From the NCBI GenBank assembly GCA_029953675.1, contig JAMWBK010000004.1, forward strand, positions 186,001 through 250,000: DNA of 64,000 nucleotides, read 5' to 3'. How positions within the stretch are numbered: position 1 is the first letter of the stretch; every line of letters begins with the position of its first letter. A program made the position numbers and the translations under genes. A model generated the notes under the pieces. The model saw nothing but the letters and a program-made list of their open reading frames with translations. It was not told the DNA's origin and did no database searches. This stretch comes from Rhodosorus marinus CCMP1338 (taxonomy: Eukaryota > Plantae > Rhodophyta). Of the stretch, positions 29,731 to 40,343 are shown piece after piece.

Positions 29731-30046
29731 CCTGACAGAGACTCCGGGACGTCGAGAGACTTTAGGCAACCTTGAAAAGGGCCGAGCTGGGTTCAACTGT
29801 GAATATGTTTGGGTTTATTAGATAATCAAGGGGGTCTTGTACAGTAACAAACGTTGTGGCAAAAGGTTAGTGGGGACTCGCGAGAGCACGGTCTGAGTTG
29901 TGAGGGGGATGCTTCAAGCGTGCTTGCGATGGTCACTAGGACATGTCCTGAGAGAGAAACGCTCTTGCCACAAAGGAAAGGTAAACTGAACTGAAAAAAA
30001 AAAGCGATAAGCGAATGTTCATAACTCAAATCCTATTGACATTTCT

Positions 30047-32303
30047 TCACTCCGGCCTTGAGACAGAGATGATCTGGATCGTTGGCTCATCTGTTTCCTG
30101 TTGTTCCTCAACGTCCTTGTCTTCCCCGTAGAACCTGAACTGCGGCTCTGAGTCTGGGCTTCGAATGTCAGTGGAATGGTCTTGAGCGCTGTCATCAGGA
30201 ACAGATCCTTTTGAACGGAGCCTCAAACGCTTTGATCTCGGATTGTCCAGCTTATCAAGATTTTCCTCCGCAGTCAGTCTGATCTCCTGCCACTCCGAGT
30301 CAACGGTGGTACCATCAACATCCGCAGATTTCAAGGCAGTCTCACAGCGTCCTACCCGTTCATCTCTTCCGGTTTCGTGACGTTCAAGCTCCTCCATCAA
30401 CAACCTCTCCGGCGTTGACAACTCCACGCCGGCTGCCTGACCTTTGGATATCCGCGGAACTGACACTCGCATCTGCTTCTCAAGCGGGTTCACCTGATCC
30501 TCGAGTTCCTCGTCCCGGCTCACGAACCTCCGCCGAACCGACACTCGAAAGCTGATCTTTCCACATGCTAACACGTCCCCGCTCCGCAACAGAACCAGCT
30601 GAGATTGCCTCTTCTCCTCAGACAACCTCCTCCCGTTCAACAGCGTACCGTTCAGCGACCCCAGATCCCTTACATAGAACTTTCCGCCCTTCCGGACTAT
30701 CTAAACAGAAAAAGTCAAACCAAAAAATTTTCAGTCACGATTGTTTGATGTCGTCCATCTACCCGCCTCGAGAAACGCTCAGAGTAGTTCACAAGCACGC
30801 TCTTGTTGGTCTTGAAGATATCTGGACATCTTCGTCAGACCTGATATCGCCAACCCCAAAGGCTTGCGGACTAGACCTCGGTCTTCAGATAAACTTATCA
30901 AGTTCGACCGTGTGAGATCTGCTTGGACTGTGATCCGGAGGTACCCTAATCCCGCCTCTCATCACAGGTGCACAATCCCGTCGTAAAGCTCTCTGGCTTC
31001 AAGACGGGGTCCGTCATCACAACCCGGTGGTCTACCTCTCAATAAGGAGCTCCCTTCCTAAAGATGGGCAGCAGCGTCGTCTCCACTTCGAAAAAGTGAG
31101 GCGTCAGTCTGGCTTGAGAGATTCCGAGCATTCTTCGAGGATTTTGGGGGAAGATGGCAGCGAGCCATATGTACCATGTCCAAGTCTGGGTGCTCAGTCC
31201 TAAAGTTGCAGACTTGCCCAGAAGATGAGGATCCGAGGCGAGCAAGGCTCTCTCGTCGTATCAGCTGTTCTTCGAAAGTCTCCGTTTGGATGACTAGGCC
31301 GCGATGGGTTCGAGCGCTGGGTGGGGGCTGCGAAAGGGGAATCGGTTTCTAAGAAGGAGTGATCTTGATCAATTCCTCACCTCAGCATGTTTTCTTGAGA
31401 CATTTTCATCAGGTAGAGCGAGCTCTCCGAGTCTCCTGAACTGGGTAATCTCGAGCGACGCCTCGTTCCTCGTGAGCGTGGTAGATCTCCAGTCAGCGAT
31501 CTCAAACGACCTTTTCCCCTCCGTTTCATCGTCCACTTCAAGCACACAAAACTCCGCGTCACGACCTCCCCTCCTTCGTCGAGAAGACTTTCGAGATGCT
31601 TGCTCCTTTTTCACCTCAAAACTACCACCGTCCTCAGAAAATCGAATCATCTCATCTCCTCCTTCGCCGTCATCCCCACTGACTTCAGCAGAGTCCAACC
31701 GACCTTATCAATACTCCAGAATCAATTCCCATCCGCTGAAAAAATACGTCCTCCCAAAGCGTCATGTTCGATGACTCACTCCCTACTTTCTCTTCCCCAT
31801 CAACGAACAAGGTCTTCATCAACGACTCCTTCGTCCAGTTACCATCCGCTTCTTCAGAGGCGATCAAAGTGAACAATAACACGCTCTCGTTGACTGCACT
31901 TCGTGACTGCTCGAACAAGACATGTGAGTGCTTAAGTAAATGCAGCAACCCCGCAAGGTCGTTTAGTTCTCTTCTCTCAAAGCAAACGTGCATACTTGGT
32001 AGTAGATTCGAATGTATAGCATCGAAATGCTCTTAGAAAAGCTTTTCCGAAAGAAGCATAAAGACCTAGTCTGGCACTCGAGCAGTCAAATTGGCAACTC
32101 TCTGCGAAGGACTAGTGTGAGTCAAAGCCTCACGTCGCGAAGCAGAAGCCTGCCGAGAGTTTGCGCGTCTCTTCCACAAGATGGGTGAAAACGACTTGTC
32201 TTGAGCTATGCACGGACGACAATGCCGTTCTTCTTTTTCGTCCGTATGGTCTAAACGATATCGAACGGCATTTGTAAATGCTAAGGCTGTGCAAGAACTG
32301 CTC
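30047..32303 (-). CDS. FHA domain-containing protein, multi-exon; true start not located (upstream of 32303)
   Basis: Joining 31381 to 30700 rebuilds a canonical FHA: LPDENVSRKHAE|IVRKGGKFYVRDLGSLNGTLLNGRRL..LRSGDVLACG. Upstream helical and acidic exons join by GT-AG introns in consistent phase. Confidence 0.75.
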
Positions 32304-32969
32304 CTACTTGGACGGACGGCCGTGCCAAACCTCTTGTAACAATTACTGGACGAGCCAATGGCTCAAGTAAAATATTTTAAAACGTCCCAACGGGCACTGG
32401 CATCTCTCGTTGACGAACCTAGTCTCTTGAGCGGATGTGGATCTGCGTAAACGATCACGAGTGTCATAATTTACTCTAATTGAGAAGCGTTTTGTCCGAC
32501 AAAAGCCAATGGGCCAATAACTTATTCTAAAATTCACGGATGGAAAATTCTCCACCGCCTGCGACATCGCCTCGAGCCAAGAAGAACTAGAATGGTTCCT
32601 ATAGTCATGATCTCCGCGAATCGTTGAGGACGTCGAGAAGAGGGACAACGGAAGATAGGTTTGTCGAACAGCGGCGAAACGTTCGTCGCAGGTTGCTGGT
32701 GAGTTTAGTATACCCGGTCGCGGGTGGACAGCGTTGAGGCGGCATTCGGGTCCTCCCAAACATCTCCAGGACAAGTCTTGTTCAAGTCGCCTCGGCCGGA
32801 GAACACGAATTCGAGCTTTTCAGTTGCTCATTCTTCAGTCGCCCTCGCGCAGTCAGAAACCTGGATACTCACAGTCCGTTTGGAAAGTCGCCCGTTTCCG
32901 TTCGGTGGATCAAGCTATGCAATAGTCGGACTTTCAAACCAGCGCGGTCCCACGCCCTGAGCACCTCGA

Positions 32970-34436
32970 CTACGGATCAACGTCCACTTTGAGAGGGTGC
33001 GCTTCCGTGTTGAGGACGCTTGAATCCAGCTCCAGGACATGGTCGTCGCTGAAGATGAGAAACAGATACTTCAGGGTCTCTGCAATGAAGAAGCTGTGCA
33101 TCACATCCCGCGGCTCGTACTTGTCCTTGACAAATGCCACCGCAGAGTAGCCAACGTCAAGTCGGCAGTGGGTGTCGATGCTTTGGAAGATCTGCCATGC
33201 CATGTCGCGATAGATAGGATCCTTTGTATGTCTCCACATGTAGAAGAGCGCTTCAACTGACTCTGGACGAAGCTCATAGCCAGGCGTAACCTGGACCTTG
33301 CCGTCGCGAGTGTACAACAGCTCACCAGCTAGTCCTCTGCTTCCGTGAGTGAAAAACGCGGCGCACGTTTTCGTGATGTTGGCGGCGAGGATTTCCCACT
33401 CTCGCCGCTCAGTTTCGGATTCAGCGGCATCTATACCAAGGATGAGCATACCTGGAATGTAGCACGTAAACTGCTCCATTCGGTCAAGAAACACACCGTG
33501 AATCTGGTCCCTGACCATGACGCCGACGTCGGGGGCTGCTATGAGAAAGTCAGCGAGGCCGCGTACCGATGCACGGAACATATCACGCAGAAAATCGTCC
33601 CGTTTCCTCATGAGAACCCACATTTTGGGTAAGTATTCGAAGAACGAATCTGAAGGAGCTCCAAAGGTCCTTCTATCACCGGTGAAAGACGCGTCGTCGA
33701 TCCTCACGACGGAAGGCGGTACTCCGTTGTGCTCCGGCTGCATGGATGAACCCAGTCGCCTGACGTAATCAAGCGTCTTCCGACCGAGTGTGCGGAGGTG
33801 TTTGTCTTTCGACAGACGGCTGAGCTTGTGAAACTCCATCTGCAGCGTCCCGACCTCAGCCAACAAGCTCTCATCGGTCTCCAAGTACTTTGGACAGGTC
33901 CTACTCGACAACGAACACCTCGGTTTCGGTATCGCCGAGTCTTCAAACGCAACCGAGAGTCTATTGCCGAGATCTTCCGCCTTCTCAAGAAATATCTCAT
34001 CCCCCGTCTGTTCGTATGCGCTCAGAAGACCACCCAACGCACGAATCGTCGTCTCAAACACACTGACTATTCCCACGGACTCGAAGCTCAGCTCAGTCGC
34101 CACCCATTCTCTCGCTTCCTCAAATCGGCTCTCCAAACCCATCATGTACAGCGTATCCAACGAATCCAAAATCGTGATTCCCATACCGGAGAACGTATTC
34201 ACTCCAGATCGTGACACCGGCTTCAGCTCATCCAATCCCCAAGCATACCGCTTGTACGAATCCCACGCGTGGATCGTCGCATTCACCACCGCACCTCTTC
34301 TAGACGACGTCAGTCCATCTTCCAACTCAGCTTCACAAACTTCCACAGTCTCATTGGCACAACTCAGCAGGCCGAGCAGCAACCAAGCTAATCCAAACAC
34401 AACACCTCTGGTTTTCATCGCTAGACTAAAATCCAT
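32970..34436 (-). CDS. Class I alpha-1,2-mannosidase (GH47), intronless
   Basis: N-terminal hydrophobic segment, AWDSYKRYAWGLDELKP, VFETTIRALGGLLS, GAPSDSFFEYL, ELRPESVE, SFFIAETLKYLFL, NTEAHP. Confidence 0.95.
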   Translation of the reverse strand: MDFSLAMKTRGVVFGLAWLLLGLLSCANETVEVCEAELEDGLTSSRRGAVVNATIHAWDSYKRYAWGLDELKPVSRSGVNTFSGMGITILDSLDTLYMMGLESRFEEAREWVATELSFESVGIVSVFETTIRALGGLLSAYEQTGDEIFLEKAEDLGNRLSVAFEDSAIPKPRCSLSSRTCPKYLETDESLLAEVGTLQMEFHKLSRLSKDKHLRTLGRKTLDYVRRLGSSMQPEHNGVPPSVVRIDDASFTGDRRTFGAPSDSFFEYLPKMWVLMRKRDDFLRDMFRASVRGLADFLIAAPDVGVMVRDQIHGVFLDRMEQFTCYIPGMLILGIDAAESETERREWEILAANITKTCAAFFTHGSRGLAGELLYTRDGKVQVTPGYELRPESVEALFYMWRHTKDPIYRDMAWQIFQSIDTHCRLDVGYSAVAFVKDKYEPRDVMHSFFIAETLKYLFLIFSDDHVLELDSSVLNTEAHPLKVDVDP

Positions 34437-35572
34437 CAACGCCGTAGGCGTTGCTAACCCTTAACCTTCCCTACTCAAAGCTCGCCCTACCCTTTCCACC
34501 ATCCAAACTCTTTGGTTGGGCTGGTGAGACCAGAGACCAAGGGACAACATCCGAGGAAAACTTTTTCGGTTTCCGCGTGAATGTGTCCTCTGGATCTTTC
34601 TGCGTGTTTGTGGTACTCATTATTGGCTTGGCTTGGCCGGTGGCCGATCTTCTTGCAAATGCATAGTCTCTTATCGGCGTCTCAACTTCCTTCATCAGTC
34701 GTCATCTACTTCGGGTGCCATCGTCCCCCCGGGAGGGTTTTCTACTATTTAGGTGGGATCCTGTTGCCGTTGGCTTAGTCTTTAGCTACCCGCCTTGCAA
34801 AGCTATTTAGCCATCTGGTGTTGATCCTCGTCTCGGTGTTTAGCAAGCTGAACCGATCTTCTTCTGAATCCATATCATGATAGTCATCACGGTTCTCCTG
34901 AAGCTTCTTCAGCTCGCAAGTGCGTTCGTGATGAACGATAGGAAAGCGATCCCGTTCAAGCCGGGAGGTAAGTAGTTAGTGCTTCTGTTTGTTTTTTTTC
35001 TGTTTCAGATATCAGTCCTGCTCAGCGTGTTCATCGAGCCGATCAAATCGGGGTTTCACTGTTTCCCCATCAGTCCAGTCGGGCATCTACCTCTGCCCCA
35101 CTTCGGGAGTAGTGGTCAGACCTGGGCGGGACGTTGTCGGCTATTTATCTTGCAGGTGGGAAACTTGTAGGAGCGATCTAGTTGAAGACGACCAGATGAG
35201 GTGTGAATTTTTTGGGTTGACAGGAACCAAGTAGGTTTTCGCTGAGGAGTCTGCGAGTCTGAACGTGAAGAGAAAGTTTGTTTCGTTGTCTAGAGGGACG
35301 CGCGGTTGTGAACGGGACGATTGCTGAGTGTTTTTGAGTTTGCTGGAGTGGACGAGATTCTTGTAGCGGCACCGAGCTTGCTCTTGGGGTTCAGGGTTAA
35401 GAGAATTTGAAACCTGGACGTGATTGCGGAAGTGAGAAGTCGTGAGCGAAGAGGTGGTTTCTTGGTCAATCGTTTGGGGTAAGATGATGTCCATGGGAGG
35501 TAAGGGAAGGCTTTGCCCAAGCATTGGGTTTGAAGACGGACTCGTTAAGTGACTATTTCGGTTTTAGGTCCG

Positions 35573-36040
35573 ATGCAAAGTATGCCGCCTATGGACGGTA
35601 TGCCACAGCACCAGCCAGGTCAGCCTGACCAGCAGGCGATGGCTCAGTCTGGTTCGACATTTCGGATCAACTCCGCGAATGTTATGAAGGTTATGTACGG
35701 GTGAGTGCCCACGTCTCCTTCGAGAAATTTCTGCGCGAAACGTTTTTGGTTACGAAATTTTTTTTGCTTCGTGGATTCCTATAGGCGAACGATTTCCTCG
35801 ATTTCGTCCGGGATTGCTGCAGGCGTGCTGGGCTTGACTGGAATTCAGGGAATTCTCTTCTACTTCCTATCGTGCTTGATGGTGACAGGAGCGCTTGTCG
35901 CTAAGACAAAAGCAAAGCCACAGCTCTACTTTACAAACTCGTGGAAAGCAACCATTCTCGATGGCGTCTTCGACAGAAGTATGATTCTCCCGTACTTGCT
36001 CTTCTGGACCTTTGCCTACGCACTCTGTCATATATATTAG
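35573..36040 (+). CDS. EMC6: ER membrane protein complex subunit 6, two exons
   Basis: ATG 35573 and an intron from 35701 (GTGAGT) to about 35783 (TAG). Exon 2 reads RTISSISSGIAAGVLGLTGIQGILFY...YLLFWTFAYALCHIY*. Confidence 0.9.
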
Positions 36041-36847
36041 AATACCTGCAGAGCCCAGTCGATCCCCCTCGGTTCACAGAGCCAGCTCTTCACAACCACT
36101 GGTGTTTTTGTACATACACAGATTTTGCCTCTCTTTTAACCGGATAAAGAAGCTTAACATATTAAGTAACAACCTCCGACCGTTGACAAACGGAGCGAAG
36201 GTAGAAAAATAAATTCATCGTCACGTGTGATAGTCCACCAGAACTATCGTTTTCGTAGACAACCGTAACGAGGAGGGCGCCAGGATAGAGGAGAGCGGTC
36301 TGAAATTTTACCTCCCTCGCTCTCTATCCAACTCGTCCGTCCTTCATGACACACAATGAGCCCGAACGGAGTAGCAGCTTGCGGGTGAGTAAGATCAAAT
36401 CTCTCGGCATTCACCGTCGAGACGTTGTCGAGTCGGATCAGTCTCTCCCTAGTCATCCAAAGCCGAGGACCGTGACGTCTCGATTGAGTTGAAACAAGCT
36501 TTATAGCCTTACCGTTCGCCCTCTCACCCTCTCTCTTCTTTCTTCATCCCCAACAAGTCAACGTGCATTGACAAAACGCCTTGATGGGGTGAAAGGTGGC
36601 TGACAAAGACTCAACCTACTCTCTCTGTCTCTAGTGCACTACTCAATAACATGTACACGTCTCTCGACCACCTCGCCTGAACCCTTCTATCCTCGTCACT
36701 CACCATCGCTATGCACACCGGTGTCGACCAAGACGCCCGGATGAAAGTGACGGCAAGGTCGTGGCCGAACACTTGCAACCCTCTCTTTCTCCATCGCCCC
36801 CAAAACATCCACCACGATCGACTACACAAGAACGGGAGAGTTGGAAG

Positions 36848-38377
36848 CTACTCACCTTTGTCGGTGTGTCTCTTCTTCTGTTCCTCCTCATCAGGTTGAG
36901 AAGAGGGCGCGGCATCAATCATCCCGGCGAGTGGTAAGACGGCGAGAGGGAGCATGTTACAGATGGCGAGGAGCAGTGGCAGGTTTGAGAAGTTCTCATC
37001 TCTGACGCCGAGAAAGGAGGTCATGAGAGCCCCGAGTTCGGTGGACACGGCTCCGGAGGCGTTGTAGATAGACATCAGCGCGGCGAAGAGTGTGCCTTCA
37101 ACTCCAGGGGGACAGAGCCTCGCTGCCAACACCAGTGTCGGCATGAACGCCACCTGCCCGAGCACTCCCAGCACCGCCGTGTCTCCTAGAGCAAAGGTCT
37201 GATCGGGAATACCAAGAGATCTGTTCATGTGGGTCACCAGGATGATGGGAGTGAGTCCCAGTGGTACGCTGATGAGCGTGGCGCCGACCAGCATCTTCTT
37301 CACGGGAACGTTTTTGAGAAAAGTCTGGAAGACACCGACTCCCAGGAGCGCAGCCGCTGAGGAGAGTAGTCTAACCCGTCCGAGAAACTCTGGGGGAAAC
37401 TGAAGCTCGGTGGTGTTGAAGTAGAACATTGCCGAGTCGGCGTTGGGGGTCGCCTGCCACAGGAAGACGAACAATGTCGGCATCCAAACTGCTTTCTGCT
37501 TCAGTGCCCCCCAAAGTCGTTGACCTTGAAGTTTGAAGCTGTCCATAGCGTTGGAGACCGTAAACTGGTCCTGCTTCTTCTCGGTCAGAGTCAGCGCCAC
37601 CGCCGCGCCGAGGAGAGGGATCACCGAGGTCAGCTTGAACACCGACGTTGGTGACATGGTCTCCAAAAGGGACCCTGAAAAGTACGATGATAGTAAACCT
37701 CCAACGGCTGAGGCACCCCAACATAAGGACTGGAACTTTCCTGCCTCAGATTGCGGATGCCCTCGTACCCTCTCGACGACAAGTGAATCGGCGACCACGT
37801 CGGAGATGGCAACGCCCATCGACGCGAGGAGAAACGCTGTCACTGCCTGGGCGGTAGTGTCAACGGCGGTACCAAGAACCAGCCAGGATGCCGCGCCGAG
37901 GAGGCCAGAGAGGACCAGGTACGATTTTCTTCTAAACCCGAAGAGCGGGAGGGAGTCGGAGAGGAAGCCATAGAACGGCTTGATCATCCAGGGTAGAGTA
38001 CCGAGCCCGGTGAAAGCGGCCATCTCCGCGGGAGAGAGCCCGAGGGAATCCTTGAAGAAGAAGGAAGCCGCCAACCGGGAGATCCCAAGCGCGCCTTGAG
38101 AGAAGTAACACAGAAGAATCAACGCGACCTCCGGCGAAGGATCGATACCGAAAATTCGACCCCTCTTCTCGTCCTTGCTCACCTCCTCCTCGGAGGTGTT
38201 CCCCTCTCCCAACTCCCTCTCAAGCTTCCCAGAAACATCCCCAGACACCACCTCGCGCATCCGCGAACGACCCATCGGCTCCTGTTCTTGCTTAACACGT
38301 ACCAAACCCCTCCTCACCTTCCCTCGACTTCTACCCACGCCTCCATTCACCATAAAAACAAACCCAACCCCCTCCAT
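36848..38377 (-). CDS. Plastid folate-biopterin transporter (BT1 family, MFS), intronless
   Basis: Transit-peptide-like N-terminus, CYFSQGALG, LPWMIKPFYGFLSDSLPLFGFRRKSY, DVVADSLVVE, QSLCWG, FLWQATP, LAARLCPPGVEGTLFAALMS. Confidence 0.93.
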   Translation of the reverse strand: MEGVGFVFMVNGGVGRSRGKVRRGLVRVKQEQEPMGRSRMREVVSGDVSGKLERELGEGNTSEEEVSKDEKRGRIFGIDPSPEVALILLCYFSQGALGISRLAASFFFKDSLGLSPAEMAAFTGLGTLPWMIKPFYGFLSDSLPLFGFRRKSYLVLSGLLGAASWLVLGTAVDTTAQAVTAFLLASMGVAISDVVADSLVVERVRGHPQSEAGKFQSLCWGASAVGGLLSSYFSGSLLETMSPTSVFKLTSVIPLLGAAVALTLTEKKQDQFTVSNAMDSFKLQGQRLWGALKQKAVWMPTLFVFLWQATPNADSAMFYFNTTELQFPPEFLGRVRLLSSAAALLGVGVFQTFLKNVPVKKMLVGATLISVPLGLTPIILVTHMNRSLGIPDQTFALGDTAVLGVLGQVAFMPTLVLAARLCPPGVEGTLFAALMSIYNASGAVSTELGALMTSFLGVRDENFSNLPLLLAICNMLPLAVLPLAGMIDAAPSSQPDEEEQKKRHTDKGE

Positions 38378-39273
38378 AGCTAACAAACCGAAAAGTCAGC
38401 CAACCCCACCCCCACCCCCCACAACTAAATGTCTCCTATTCGTACAATCCTCATTCATCCATCACTCTCCTCCGCTTCAAAGATGCTGCTGTCATCATCT
38501 TCCCCAGGATAGCATCAGCTGCAATCCATCACCCCCCCAATCAACCTTTCCCACGTGAGGTCCAACAACGCCCAACCCCCCCCCCCCTAAATGATTCCCC
38601 ATCCCCAGAAATTGCTTAATACCAGTAAAATATAAGATTAAGGAAAGGAATACATTATTCTGGAACCCGTCTTAAGAAAGAGAAAGAGGAGAATTGGTTC
38701 CTTTTTCCGTCTTTTTTTGGAGGGGGTTTTGGCGAATTTTTTTTTTGTGGTGTCTACGACTTGCTTCGTCGTCTTCGTCAGGAAAGTTTGAGACCATCGT
38801 CACCCACACGGGAACCACAGGGTAACCGCAGGTGAATGAACTATGTGGTCAGGAACTTTTTTTTTTTTTTTTTTGGTCTGTTCCGGATAGGGAGTGGTAG
38901 GGGATTTTGCCAATGTCTACGGCAGTTTGCGGATTGGGAGGTCGTTTGTAACTAGTAGGATCGTGGTAAGAAAACTGGCCGCCAAGATTTCTAATCAAAA
39001 ATCCTGGCCTGAACAATCGGACAAGTCCTATTTGACATTGGAGCATTTATGAATCCAGTTATCAAGTTATCTAAGCCAGGAAACATCTTGCTTACGATCA
39101 GACGTGTCCTTCCTCGTCATTAAATGGCTTCACCCAAAAAACGGCTCTCCCCCATTCTTTACGGAGAGGGACGACGCGGTTGTGGCGAGAAATCTTTCAT
39201 AATTTCGGAAGGGGGCAATCTTGAATGAAAGATCAAGTTCTTTCACTAGGGGAACTACATAGCTCCCATCTGA

Positions 39274-40290
39274 ATGGCGTCAATGAGTGAGGATCGTGTA
39301 ATCCCAACCGGAAAAGCTCGATCGGTGGTGAGGTCGTTTCTTAGTAAACTAGGAGGGGAAGAGGATGACGAGAGCTCAACTGAAAACGAGAGTCTGAGCG
39401 TGCGACCAGTCAGGTGAGTCTGTTGAATATCATCGCAGACGGTAAGTTTAGTTCGAAGCTAAAGAAATATATGTATCTCTCTCTCTCGCTCTGTGTTCTC
39501 TTTCTCTTTCAAAGGCTCGGTGTCGGCGCCAAAGCTGAACATAGAAACCTCCCTGGGACCGGAAGGATTGATCAGAGGTGAGTGTGTATTCCGACCCTCT
39601 CCTTGACGTTTACTAGATCGCACTACTCATTTTCTGGTGAATCCGGCGACCAAAAGGGCTTACAATGAACTTCGTGAGAAGAGTCACCGACGAGGTGAGC
39701 TGTCCCGTTCTTCTGCGCCGTGGTGAAACGGCTCTTGCATGGTCTGACAGTGATCTTTTGGAGTCATGTTTGAAGTCATCGAAGGTAGAACTGAGAAGAA
39801 AAGTCCCGAGAGCACGTTCGACAACCCCGAGGACAGCCGGACGGCATCGATCGGCGTGAAGTCTGTTGACCCCGAAGTCACGGTTGGAAAGCGGACGAGG
39901 AAGAAGAAGAACAAGAACAAGAAGAACAAGAACGAGGAACAGGACGAGGACAGTAGACCGTCCGAGACAGTTGTTGAACACCGACCTGAGGTTGGCAAAG
40001 GCGTGACACAACCCCCTGCGGAGGAACACGTTAGCAATCATCATGTCGAGCAAGAAAAAGAACCTGAAAAATTCTTTGGAAGTGGCAACGGGCGAGGCTG
40101 GGCGGCTCCCGAGCACCCGCCGTCGAAGAAGAAGAAGAAGATCAGATCTCGACAGAAAAATTTGAGAAAGGACACCCGTCCTCCGGATAAACGACCAGCA
40201 CATTTGACTGAGGAAACGCTTCAGGGAGGTCGGCTACCGGCGCATCGACCGCGATCTCGAGAGGAAGGAGGCCGCGATGGAGAGCACTAG
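39274..40290 (+). CDS. Lys-rich, probably nucleolar, DUF3245-like protein, multi-exon
   Basis: Exon 1 (39274-39413) spliced to 39515 gives RPVRLGVGAK. Later sequence has EDSRTASIG and poly-Lys tracts. Splice phases between exons 2-4 could not be fully reconciled by eye. Confidence 0.5.
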
Positions 40291-40343
40291 CTGAGCGACG
40301 CAAAGCCCCGGAGCGGGAGTTTTCGGTGGAAAATCTTTTTAAC

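Noticed and set aside
30880-31030. U3 or U14 snoRNA in the long intron
   Set aside because: It lacks the U3 5' box A/A' sequence and the U14 18S-complementary A and B domains; only generic C/D boxes remain.
36285-36312. RNase P RNA 3' end (minus strand ATTTCAGACCGCTCTCC resembles CR-V/P4)
   Set aside because: No complementary CR-I (GGAAGGTCTGA-like) sequence lies at the expected distance upstream; the match is explained by a local hairpin.
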